Shown one piece after another: positions 41,790 to 49,378 of a stretch of 64,000 bases of DNA. Made by a program: the position numbers and the translations under genes. Every line of letters starts with the position of its first letter. Position 1 is the stretch's first letter. Where the stretch lies: the NCBI GenBank assembly GCA_044341215.1, contig JBIISC010000002.1, positions 26,427-90,426 on the forward strand, in the 5' to 3' direction. This DNA is from Candidatus Nanopelagicales bacterium. GTDB lineage: Bacteria; Actinomycetota; Actinomycetes; S36-B12; UBA5976. The notes beneath the pieces are model-generated. The model was not told where the DNA came from. It ran no database searches and was given only the letters and a program-made list of their open reading frames with translations.

Positions 41790-41859
41790 TTAGTTAGCAC
41801 TTGCGCGCTAACAGGGGCGTATTGAACACACACCCTACATAGGCACCTTCACTTGCCTG

Positions 41860-41875
41860 CCTACGAGGGCGTAGG
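41860..41875. promoter_or_regulatory. inverted repeat CCTACG-AGGG-CGTAGG (candidate TetR operator)
   Basis: Read directly. A related CCTACATAGG lies at 41834-41843. Both are upstream of the TetR gene. Confidence 0.3.
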
Positions 41876-41916
41876 TTAGCGTGAATAATTGGGCGCGAGA
41901 AATGGACAGGTGGGTA

Positions 41917-42639
41917 ATGGCAGACAACGTCACACGACTAGAAGTGGCCGATGGAGCTGGTCGTCCTACCCGAATACAGCCAGTCGTACCCCAAACCACC
42001 CGCAAACGAATGACCGCTCTTGAGCGTCGCGAGCAACTAATACATGTTGGCAAATCCCTTTTTGCAAAGCGCGGATATGAAGCGGTGACTATCGAAGAAA
42101 TTGCAGCCCAAGCTGAAGTTTCCAAACCGGTTATTTATGAGCAATTCGGTGGCACTGAAGTTGACGGTAAAAGTTACGGTGCAAAAGAATCTCTTTACGC
42201 AGTAATTGTGGATCGAGAAATCGCTGCACTACTTCACACAATTGAAAAGGCTTTGGATGGTTCACATCCACGCATCATGCTTGAACAAGCTGCAATTGGA
42301 TTTTTAACATACATTGAACAAAACAATGACGGTTTTCAGATTCTGGTTCGCGACTCTCCGATGGGAATGGTCAGTGGTTCTTTTTCCAGTTTGATCACTG
42401 ACATTGCAGTTCGAGTCCAACATTTGTTAGCTTCAGAATTTCGTCGTCGCAAGCTAAATGCAAAGTTTGCCCCACTCTACGCGCAAAGCCTTGTGGGAAT
42501 GGTTGCTTTGACTGGGCAGTGGTGGGTGGAGACTCGCAAACCTTCTAAAGAGGAAGTTGCATCCCATTTAGTCAACTTGGCCTGGAACGGCTTGGCTGGA
42601 CTTGAAGTTAAGCCAGTACTTAAATCAATTAAAAAATAA
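41917..42639 (+). CDS. TetR family transcriptional regulator
   Basis: HTH region RREQLIHVGKSLFAKRGYEAVTIEEIAAQAEVSKPVIYEQFG. ATG 41917 follows AGGTGGG. GTG 41881 and ATG 41902 are alternative starts. Confidence 0.88.
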   Translation: MADNVTRLEVADGAGRPTRIQPVVPQTTRKRMTALERREQLIHVGKSLFAKRGYEAVTIEEIAAQAEVSKPVIYEQFGGTEVDGKSYGAKESLYAVIVDREIAALLHTIEKALDGSHPRIMLEQAAIGFLTYIEQNNDGFQILVRDSPMGMVSGSFSSLITDIAVRVQHLLASEFRRRKLNAKFAPLYAQSLVGMVALTGQWWVETRKPSKEEVASHLVNLAWNGLAGLEVKPVLKSIKK

Positions 42640-42924
42640 TCAGGTTGTATCGGGATTAACTAAAGATTCTTTAGTTTTTTTACTAGTTGAGTTTTCACCA
42701 CTCAAGATCTTGCGTGGATCTAGATCCTTTATATCTCGCAAGGTGTCGTCATCAATTGCTGCGGCATCAACTAGTGCAGATCGCGCATCATGGACTTGCC
42801 CACGAAGTTGTCGCATGAACTTCGCTGCCTGAGCTGCATAAGTTGGCAATCGATCAGGCCCAACAACAATTAGACCGATAACAGCGATAATGAAGAACTC
42901 ACCAAATCCAATATCGAACAACAT
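42640..42924 (-). CDS. tatB: twin-arginine translocase subunit TatB (TatA/B family)
   Basis: MLFDIGFGEFFIIAVIGLIVVGPDRLP signature. 94 aa. Confidence 0.88.
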   Translation of the reverse strand: MLFDIGFGEFFIIAVIGLIVVGPDRLPTYAAQAAKFMRQLRGQVHDARSALVDAAAIDDDTLRDIKDLDPRKILSGENSTSKKTKESLVNPDTT

Positions 42925-42955
42925 GGCTTTAGCCTAATTCTTAAATTCTAGGAAG

Positions 42956-44263
42956 CTATTTGGAACCAAGCGTGATCTTGTAGGTCTTGCCAGCATCGGT
43001 TTCAACCTCAACCACATCACCTGGGTTTTGAGAGCGAATCACGATTACTAATTCAGAATCACTGTGAATTGTGCGGCCATTTGCCTTCACAATCACATCG
43101 CCCACTTTCAGCCCAGATTTTGCAGCCGGACCTCCCTTGGTGATTCCTTGAATTACAGCACCTTCGACCTTCGTTTGAATCGCTAATTCAATGCCCATAA
43201 TTGGGATGGTTGCCTCGCCGGTATCAATAATTTCTTGAGCGATGCGGGTAACAAGGTTGATTGGAATCGCAAAACCTAATCCGATCGACCCGGCTTCTGA
43301 TTGATTATTTGTGTTGGTAGCAATCGCAGAGTTCACACCAATTACCCGGCCCTTAGCGTCAATAAGTGGACCACCTGAATTTCCAGGATTGATAGCAGCA
43401 TCAGTTTGCAAAGCATCAATAAAAGATAGTTCATCGTTATTGCCAGTTGTAACTGGTCGGTCAAGTGCAGAGATGATTCCTGATGTAACAGTGCTTTGAA
43501 GTCCTAGTGGCGAACCAATCGCAATCACGGTGTCACCCACCACCACGCCATCACTGTTACCGAGCTCAACTACTGGTAATCCAGTTGCTTGAATTTTCAA
43601 AACGGCAATGTCATATTCAGATGTGTTGCCAACCACTTTGGCTACAAATTCTTGACCATCAGCCAGCGTCACCGTAATTGTTGAGCGATAGACCGCATCA
43701 GCAATCACATGGTTATTTGTGACAATATAGCCATTCGAATCAATAATAAATCCGGTTCCCGTTGCACTACCAAGTTTGTTTCTCGCATCAATGGAAACGA
43801 CTGCTGGGGTAACGGCGGCGGCAAGTGCTGCGATTGAACCATCAGGTCGAGTCGAAGAATCCGCAGCCGACTGATTTAAATCAACAGTCGTTAGTTTTCC
43901 GTTGTTTAGTGCCCCAAATGCATAAAAGGTGCCGGCACTTCCAATTGCACCACCGAGCATTCCGGCAATTAACACTGCAACCATTCCGCGCTTTGCCTTT
44001 AGTTGTGTTGGAGGTTGAGTTTCAGTTTCAGTTTGCAGTTCACCATCAGCTAAATCTGCATCCACCAAAAATTCTGCGTGGCCTATAGATTCTGGATGAA
44101 CTTCCGAACGAACCTCAGCTGATTGCTGAATGTGCCAGTCTTGATTTGTTCCCAAGGTATTTTCGTTGCTCATGTTTCCATCACTTTGGTTCTGATCATT
44201 CAAGTTCATATCGCTTTGGTTCTCGTCACTTTGGTTCTTATCACTCTGGTTCTCGTCACTCAT
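42956..44263 (-). CDS. htrA: HtrA/DegP-family trypsin-like serine protease with C-terminal PDZ
   Basis: TNNHV (His), DIAVLK (Asp) and GNSGGPL (Ser) catalytic triad, one TM, PDZ tail. Start placed at ATG 44263 (MSDENQSD...). Confidence 0.9.
   Translation of the reverse strand: MSDENQSDKNQSDENQSDMNLNDQNQSDGNMSNENTLGTNQDWHIQQSAEVRSEVHPESIGHAEFLVDADLADGELQTETETQPPTQLKAKRGMVAVLIAGMLGGAIGSAGTFYAFGALNNGKLTTVDLNQSAADSSTRPDGSIAALAAAVTPAVVSIDARNKLGSATGTGFIIDSNGYIVTNNHVIADAVYRSTITVTLADGQEFVAKVVGNTSEYDIAVLKIQATGLPVVELGNSDGVVVGDTVIAIGSPLGLQSTVTSGIISALDRPVTTGNNDELSFIDALQTDAAINPGNSGGPLIDAKGRVIGVNSAIATNTNNQSEAGSIGLGFAIPINLVTRIAQEIIDTGEATIPIMGIELAIQTKVEGAVIQGITKGGPAAKSGLKVGDVIVKANGRTIHSDSELVIVIRSQNPGDVVEVETDAGKTYKITLGSK
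44156..44260 (-). repeat. in-frame 15-bp tandem repeat x7 encoding SDENQ-SDKNQ-SDENQ-SDMNL-NDQNQ-SDGNM-SNENT
   Basis: Codon-by-codon reading of the htrA 5' end. Confidence 0.85.
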
Positions 44264-44363
44264 GGGCGAAGTTTGCCTGTTAAACCTGCCGCATGCAGTC
44301 GCAATTGGCCATATCCAACGACTTCTGTCAGATTTCTGACAAAGTACGCAGGTGCAACGCGAT

Positions 44364-45041
44364 ATGACCAACCTACCTCTGCCAATAGATGAAAAGAATT
44401 GGCGTTACGTTGAGTCTAAATATCCCGAACCTGAGCCTTGCCGCTTAGCGCGGGAGCGAGCCCTAGAGCTTCAAACCCACGTTGTTAGCCCAGCGACTGG
44501 TGCCGCTTTGCAGTTTTTGATTTCCCTCGCAAATGCCCAAAACATTGTTGAGGTTGGAACTGGCACCGCGGGAGCCGCCTACTGGATTGCCGGTGCGCTT
44601 GGAAAATCTGGCCAGATAACTTCAATTGACTCCGAAGGTCAGCATTACAAATATGCAAAAGAGATTTTGGCAGATTTTGAACATGCAACTCGAGTGCGCT
44701 TAATAAACGGCAAACCGCTTGAAGTATTACCTCGACTAGCTGATGAAACTTACGACGCAGTAGTAATTTCTGAACATTCAGATGTTTTGGTGGAAATAAT
44801 TGAGGAAGCCATTCGAATGGTTTCAATTGGCGGTTTAGTCATATTGCTAAACGCTTTGGGAGATCAAAAAGTAGGCGACCTAACTCAGAGAGATCAAAAA
44901 ACTGTCAATCTGAGGTTGGTGGTGCAAGACGTCTTCAAAGACAATCGGCTTGATTGCAACTTGCTAACAGTTGGCGATGGAATTTTGGTAATGCGCGTTA
45001 TAGACCGCGAACATATTCCAATCGAATCTTCAACGATATAA
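44364..45041 (+). CDS. class I SAM-dependent O-methyltransferase (caffeoyl-CoA OMT-like)
   Basis: SAM motif I VEVGTGTAGAAYW. Divergent from htrA, as is Rv1220c in M. tuberculosis (recalled). GTG 44352 is an alternative start. Confidence 0.82.
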   Translation: MTNLPLPIDEKNWRYVESKYPEPEPCRLARERALELQTHVVSPATGAALQFLISLANAQNIVEVGTGTAGAAYWIAGALGKSGQITSIDSEGQHYKYAKEILADFEHATRVRLINGKPLEVLPRLADETYDAVVISEHSDVLVEIIEEAIRMVSIGGLVILLNALGDQKVGDLTQRDQKTVNLRLVVQDVFKDNRLDCNLLTVGDGILVMRVIDREHIPIESSTI

Positions 45042-45082
45042 ATAATCGAATCTTAAGAAATCAAATTAAACTTTGACAAAAT

Positions 45083-45114
45083 AAAAAGACCCGCAACAAG
45101 TGCGGGTCTTTTGT
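45083..45114. terminator. bidirectional rho-independent terminator
   Basis: AAAAA-GACCCGCA-ACAAG-TGCGGGTC-TTTTGT between the convergent OMT and DUF3117 genes. Confidence 0.8.
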
Positions 45115-45135
45115 AAATTTCTTTGTGTGAATAAA

Positions 45136-45330
45136 TTAGATTGGACGCAGAGTCGGTCCAGCAGTCTTTGCAGTTTGAACTAATTGAGATCCAAGATCAG
45201 CAGCTTCTTCAGAGTTCAAAGAAACCACTAAGCGGCCACCACCCTCAAGTGGTACTCGCATCACAATGGAACGTCCTTCTTTGGCAACTTCCATAGGACC
45301 GTCACCCGTACGTGGCTTCATTGCAGCCAT
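45136..45330 (-). CDS. DUF3117 domain protein (highly conserved actinobacterial 64-aa protein)
   Basis: MAAMKPRTGDGPMEV..EGRSIVMRVPLEGGGRLVV.L..EEA..LG. AAGGAG SD. Confidence 0.88.
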   Translation of the reverse strand: MAAMKPRTGDGPMEVAKEGRSIVMRVPLEGGGRLVVSLNSEEAADLGSQLVQTAKTAGPTLRPI

Positions 45331-45461
45331 TCAAACTCCTTATTAATTGGCTCGAATAATCCAAACGGATTGGTGTCGAGTCCCACCTGAGACCCGAAGT
45401 CTCAATTTCAATAGGAGCATTATCCCTTAGAAACCCGACCCTTTAACCCACGTAACTACTC

Positions 45462-46055
45462 TCAGTCATAATTTTGAGAGTAAAAATCACATTCTGTGAC
45501 ATGATCGTTAACAAATCCTGTGGCCTGAAGGGCTGCATAGAGTGTGGTCGGCCCAACAAACGCAAAATTCAAGCTTTTCAGGTGCCGAGACAACTTCTCA
45601 GTCTCAGTGCATTTACTCGGTAATTGGTCTGTTCCCTTAGCCGGCCGCTTGAATCCTTGGGCCTTGAGCGACTGTTCTGTCGGTGCAGCTTCGAGCAGGG
45701 TTTGGCTTAGCCAGCCTTCACCGTGCAATTCCCACATCCCCATAAGCGCCCTGGCATTCTTTATTGTGGCTTCAATCTTTCCTCGATGTCGAATGATGCC
45801 AGCGTCTTGAAGCAAGGCATCAACCTTCTTCGGTGAAAAGTTCGCCACCTTTTCAACTTCAAATTGTTCAAATGCTTTGCGGAAATGTTCACGTTTTCTT
45901 AGCACCGTGATCCATGACAGCCCGGACTGAAAACCTTCGAGAACTAAACGTTCATAAAGTGCTCGGTCATCGCGAATTGGAATTCCCCATTCAGTGTCGT
46001 GATACTCAATGTAATCTGGAGCTGAATTCGCCCAGCCACATCGATTGACATTCAC
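45462..46055 (-). CDS. tag: DNA-3-methyladenine glycosylase I
   Basis: RCGW, YHD.EWG.P, EGFQSGLSWITVLRKRE. Start ambiguous: GTG 46055 lies 1 nt after the upstream stop, while ATG 46085 gives a 29-nt overlap. Confidence 0.9.
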   Translation of the reverse strand: MNVNRCGWANSAPDYIEYHDTEWGIPIRDDRALYERLVLEGFQSGLSWITVLRKREHFRKAFEQFEVEKVANFSPKKVDALLQDAGIIRHRGKIEATIKNARALMGMWELHGEGWLSQTLLEAAPTEQSLKAQGFKRPAKGTDQLPSKCTETEKLSRHLKSLNFAFVGPTTLYAALQATGFVNDHVTECDFYSQNYD

Positions 46056-46056
46056 T

Positions 46057-46503
46057 TTAGGCTCTAGATTCCAAGTTTCGCGCAAACTTGTTTAACGAAG
46101 ATTGCACACCACTTAAGAAAAATGGTTTTAGCAATCGAAAACCAAATAGCCCAAATATTCCTAAAGGTATTTCTAAGTCTTCTGACCAATAGAAACGGGT
46201 TTTAGATTCAGATACCTTTTCAACTCGCATAGATCCAGTTCCTTTAACAACTCGGCCAGTGTGAATCACATCGACGATAGATGGGTATTCCCATTGGGTG
46301 ACTGTCATGTAGTCCCAAAAACCAATCGGGCCAAAACCAGTAAAAGCGGCGATCTCGCCACCAACTTCTTTAGCCAGGCCGGGAGTTCTGATCTCAACTC
46401 TGGTGCCAAAGATCCATTCAGATTGTGCTGGCCAATCTGTTAAATAGTCAAAAACTTTTTCTGGGGTTGAATTGATGTCAACGAATAACTCAATGTGCTG
46501 CAT
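46057..46503 (-). CDS. SRPBCC (START/polyketide-cyclase-like) family protein
   Basis: 148 aa. N-terminus VDINSTPEKVFDYLTDWPAQSEW is typical of SRPBCC. Confidence 0.75.
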   Translation of the reverse strand: MQHIELFVDINSTPEKVFDYLTDWPAQSEWIFGTRVEIRTPGLAKEVGGEIAAFTGFGPIGFWDYMTVTQWEYPSIVDVIHTGRVVKGTGSMRVEKVSESKTRFYWSEDLEIPLGIFGLFGFRLLKPFFLSGVQSSLNKFARNLESRA

Positions 46504-46507
46504 GTGA

Positions 46508-46744
46508 CTAAAGCTTTTTCGACTTTAAAACTGCTATCTCATCTTCAAGATCGCTGATTACTTGATCCACTCGGGTTTTTTGGTATCCAAAAAGAGTTGA
46601 AGGAATTCGCTGGCCTGATTCAAAAGGCGCATTAGTTTCTAAACTAACGTCGTCTTTAAGTTCGCCAAGAGCTCCAGTAGCGGCTAGCGCAAAAACGCCT
46701 ATGACTACGAGCCCAATTACGAAAATTAACCAAAACACAGCCAT
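46508..46744 (-). CDS. small membrane protein with DivIVA-like motif
   Basis: N-terminal TM. FGYQKTRVDQVISDLEDEI resembles the DivIVA RGY..(E/D)VD.FL motif. AGGTGAG SD. Confidence 0.6.
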   Translation of the reverse strand: MAVFWLIFVIGLVVIGVFALAATGALGELKDDVSLETNAPFESGQRIPSTLFGYQKTRVDQVISDLEDEIAVLKSKKL

Positions 46745-46754
46745 AGTCTCACCT

Positions 46755-46850
46755 ATGATGGCAAGGTCAGCAATCTTTGGCCTTTTCCTGATGGTACTTG
46801 ATGAAACCAGAGATATTTATGTGTGCAATTGCGTAATAGGCCACTTCTAG
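46755..46850 (+). CDS. speculative 31-aa micro-ORF (MMARSAIFGLFLMVLDETRDIYVCNCVIGHF)
   Basis: My own translation. TAGTCT lies 5 nt upstream of the ATG and there is no SD. Lies upstream of the plus-strand terminator hairpin. Confidence 0.15.
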   Translation: MMARSAIFGLFLMVLDETRDIYVCNCVIGHF

Positions 46851-46927
46851 CCAACAAACCAATCGAAGATTCATGATCCAAGAGACGGAATTGGGCGCTT
46901 AAGTAAAGTTCCTTTTTCTCTCCCCAA

Positions 46928-46966
46928 ACTGTGGAGTGCCAGAAATGGTGCTTCACAGTTTTTATT
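46928..46966 (+). terminator. plus-strand-specific intrinsic terminator hairpin in orphan spacer
   Basis: ACUGUGGAGUGCC-AGAAAU-GGUGCUUCACAGU, a 13-bp stem including 3 G-U pairs, followed by UUUUAUU. On the minus strand the same positions become C-A mismatches. Confidence 0.45.
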
Positions 46967-47030
46967 GCAAGTTGTTAAATAGGTTGTAGCTATTTAATGC
47001 GAGTTATGAAGTGCGGTTATTTAATTCTTG

Positions 47031-48158
47031 TTATTTAGACAACCAGTTTTGCATTGCTGCCAAAGTGCTGTGAAGTTGTGCAACTGGCACATACTCATTT
47101 GGCGCATGGGCAAGAGCGGCAAAACCTGGACCGAAATTAACTGCCGGAATATTCAGTGCTGAAAAAAGTGCAACGTCAGTCCAGCCGAACTTAGGTTGTG
47201 GTTCGCCAACCACACTTTCTATAAATTGTTTTGCCGCTGGGCGCGAAAGTCCTGGCAAGGCGCCTTCTGCATAATCCACAACTTCAACTTGGTAACCGAC
47301 AAAAACTTGCTTTAGATGAGTTAATGCATCTGCAGCAGATTTATTTGGTGCAAACCGATAGTTAATTGAAATGCTGGCACTATCTGGCACCACATTGCCG
47401 GCAACTCCGCCATACACATCTACAGCTTGCAGACCTTCGCGATATTCAAGCCCATCAATTAAAACTTTATTCGGTTCATAGTTTTCTAGGATTTCCAAAA
47501 TCGGACCAAGCCCATGAATTGCATTTTCGCCCATCCAACTGCGCGCAGTGTGGGCTCGACGGCCAGAGGTTCGAATCTCAATTCGCATAGTTCCTTGGCA
47601 TCCACCTTCGACTACAGCATTTGAAGGTTCCATCAATACGGCAAAGTCAGCTTTGAGCCAATCTGGATGTTTTTCAGAAATACGTTTAAGGCCGTTTAGA
47701 TCAGCATCGATTTCTTCACAGTCGTAAAAGATGTAAGTGACATCTCGAGTTGGTGCTGTTTCGTTTGCCGCTAAAAGCAAAGCTACTGCTAGCCCGCCTT
47801 TCATGTCACAACTTCCTAGCCCATACAGCCGATCCTCAGACGCCTTTTGTTTTCCATCCACATCTGCAACTGGCACAGAGCCGTCTTCGCTAACAATTAG
47901 TGAGCGGTCATTTCCAGAGCTTGGCACGGTGTCTAGGTGACCTGCGATAACTACACGTTCTGGCAAACCGAGATTTGTGCGGGCCACAATCGTGTTGCCG
48001 TCACGCAAGATTTCGAGGTGGGAATAGGTTTTTAGAGCATTCTCGACCGCGTCCGCTAAGGGGCCTTCAGATCGGGACTCAGACGGGAAATCCACAAGTG
48101 CACTGGTGAGTTCAACTACCCCAACATTGAGGTCCAAAAGGGCAGGTAACAAAGCCAT
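47031..48158 (-). CDS. dapE: succinyl-diaminopimelate desuccinylase
   Basis: M20 peptidase motifs ([16 protein letters not shown]). 375 aa. Divergent from dapD. Confidence 0.92.
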   Translation of the reverse strand: MALLPALLDLNVGVVELTSALVDFPSESRSEGPLADAVENALKTYSHLEILRDGNTIVARTNLGLPERVVIAGHLDTVPSSGNDRSLIVSEDGSVPVADVDGKQKASEDRLYGLGSCDMKGGLAVALLLAANETAPTRDVTYIFYDCEEIDADLNGLKRISEKHPDWLKADFAVLMEPSNAVVEGGCQGTMRIEIRTSGRRAHTARSWMGENAIHGLGPILEILENYEPNKVLIDGLEYREGLQAVDVYGGVAGNVVPDSASISINYRFAPNKSAADALTHLKQVFVGYQVEVVDYAEGALPGLSRPAAKQFIESVVGEPQPKFGWTDVALFSALNIPAVNFGPGFAALAHAPNEYVPVAQLHSTLAAMQNWLSK

Positions 48159-48163
48159 GAAGG

Positions 48164-48170
48164 TAGCGTA
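48164..48170. promoter_or_regulatory. shared palindromic -10 core TAGCGTA for divergent dapE and dapD
   Basis: Plus strand: TAGCGT, then 7 nt, then GTG 48177. Minus strand: TACGCT, then 6 nt, then ATG 48158. No SD on either side. Confidence 0.4.
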
Positions 48171-48176
48171 AGCCTT

Positions 48177-49103
48177 GTGAATACTTTTATTAACTCTCCG
48201 GCCGCTGGTGTTGGCCTTGCCACCGTATCCGATGGCGTCATTTTGGACGTCTGGTATCCCGCTCCATCGCTAGATAAAACCGCTACTGCAGTAGCCGGTT
48301 TGGTGGGCAAAAAAGATGAACTGCGTGGTGTTGAAGTTGAAGTTGTCACCACCACAATTTCAGACTTGTCAAAGCCGCCAGTTGATACCAAAGATGCTTA
48401 CTTACGTCTTCATCTGATTTCGCATCGGTTAGTGAAACCTCGCACAATTAATCTCGATGGCATTTTTGGACTTTTGCAAAACGTTGCTTGGACAAACATT
48501 GGTCCGGTTGCAATAAATAAGTTAACTGATTTTCAAATTAAAGCTCGTGCACTTGGCGTAAATGTAAATATTTACTCAGTAGATAAATTCCCGCGCATGG
48601 TCGACTACATAGTGCCAAGTGGTGTACGTATCGCAGACGCAGATCGAGTTCGGTTGGGTGCATATCTTGCAGAAGGCACAACCGTTATGCATGAAGGTTT
48701 CGTCAACTTCAATGCTGGCACCTTGGGTACATCAATGGTGGAAGGTCGTATTTCCGCTGGAGTTGTGGTTGGCAATGGTTCAGACATTGGCGGCGGCGCT
48801 TCAATCATGGGCACTCTTTCGGGTGGCGGAACTCAAGTGATCTCTGTCGGGGAAGGATGTTTGCTTGGAGCAAATGCTGGAATTGGAATTTCACTTGGAG
48901 ATGGCTCAGTTGTTGAAGCAGGAACTTACGTCACTGCTGGCTCAAAAATTACTTTGCCAGATGGGCAAGTTGTTAAAGGCGCTGAGCTCTCTGGCGTTCC
49001 AAATCTTTTATTTAGACGCAACTCGGTAAACGGGGCACTTGAAGCTTCTCCTCGTAAGGGTGATTGGGGCGGATTGAACGCCACGCTCCATAGCAATGAC
49101 TAA
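48177..49103 (+). CDS. dapD: 2,3,4,5-tetrahydropyridine-2,6-dicarboxylate N-succinyltransferase
   Basis: [23 protein letters not shown]-terminus is like actinobacterial DapD. C-terminal hexapeptide-repeat beta-helix. Confidence 0.92.
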   Translation: MNTFINSPAAGVGLATVSDGVILDVWYPAPSLDKTATAVAGLVGKKDELRGVEVEVVTTTISDLSKPPVDTKDAYLRLHLISHRLVKPRTINLDGIFGLLQNVAWTNIGPVAINKLTDFQIKARALGVNVNIYSVDKFPRMVDYIVPSGVRIADADRVRLGAYLAEGTTVMHEGFVNFNAGTLGTSMVEGRISAGVVVGNGSDIGGGASIMGTLSGGGTQVISVGEGCLLGANAGIGISLGDGSVVEAGTYVTAGSKITLPDGQVVKGAELSGVPNLLFRRNSVNGALEASPRKGDWGGLNATLHSND

Positions 49104-49117
49104 GAAACTCTGTTGGC

Positions 49118-49378
49118 ATGCCCGACATGCATCACATGATGGAGATGCCGGGATTCGTTGAAGAATCAGATTTCGCGGCTTTAAAGAAATTAACTGGGGC
49201 AGAGTTTGATATTCGATTCTTGGAATTAATGATTGGTCATCATGAAGGTGCAATTGAAATGGCTAAAGACATTAAAAACAATAAGAATTCAGAAGTGAAA
49301 GCTCTTTCTGATGCAATTATTAGTTCTCAGACAGCTGAAATCACTGAGATGAATAATCTAATTAAAGGACTGTCTTAG
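49118..49378 (+). CDS. DUF305 domain protein, single half-repeat (86 aa), possibly a remnant
   Basis: EFDIRFLELMIGHHEGAIEMAK and AEITEMNNL match the second half of typical ~200-aa DUF305 proteins. No signal peptide. Confidence 0.6.
   Translation: MPDMHHMMEMPGFVEESDFAALKKLTGAEFDIRFLELMIGHHEGAIEMAKDIKNNKNSEVKALSDAIISSQTAEITEMNNLIKGLS

Noticed and set aside
41660-41833. The 58-codon 5' extension of the glmU ORF.
   Set aside because: It reads straight through the tRNA-Gln gene (41719-41789). GGAGGA-N5-GTG at 41659 gives a normal-length GlmU of about 480 aa starting just before the LAAGEGTRM motif.
45389-45403. A GAGAC-UUCGG-GUCUC hairpin in the 130-nt leader of the DUF3117 gene, as a candidate cis-regulatory element.
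   Set aside because: It has only a 5-bp stem and no supporting second element, and I could not place a convincing promoter. The evidence is too weak to report as a finding.
46057-46085. An apparent 29-nt overlap between tag and the upstream SRPBCC gene, as a possible programmed or unusual overlap.
   Set aside because: It is resolved more simply by an in-frame GTG at 46055, 1 nt after the upstream stop. That start gives a Tag N-terminus (MNVNRCGW) close to the known MERCGW type.
46753-46956. The 67-aa minus-strand ORF in the orphan spacer (MKHHFWHSTVWGEKKELYLS...).
   Set aside because: Its start codon is buried inside the hairpin stem and it has no SD. Its composition is odd (His/Trp/Leu/Ser-rich with no motif). 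I kept it only as the alternative hypothesis for the spacer finding.
47560-47585. The tRNA-like T-arm string GGTTCGAATCTC inside dapE, and TTCGAACCC near 62950.
   Set aside because: No acceptor, D-arm or anticodon stems can be folded around either string. The first is in-frame coding sequence and the second is part of a short post-typA hairpin.
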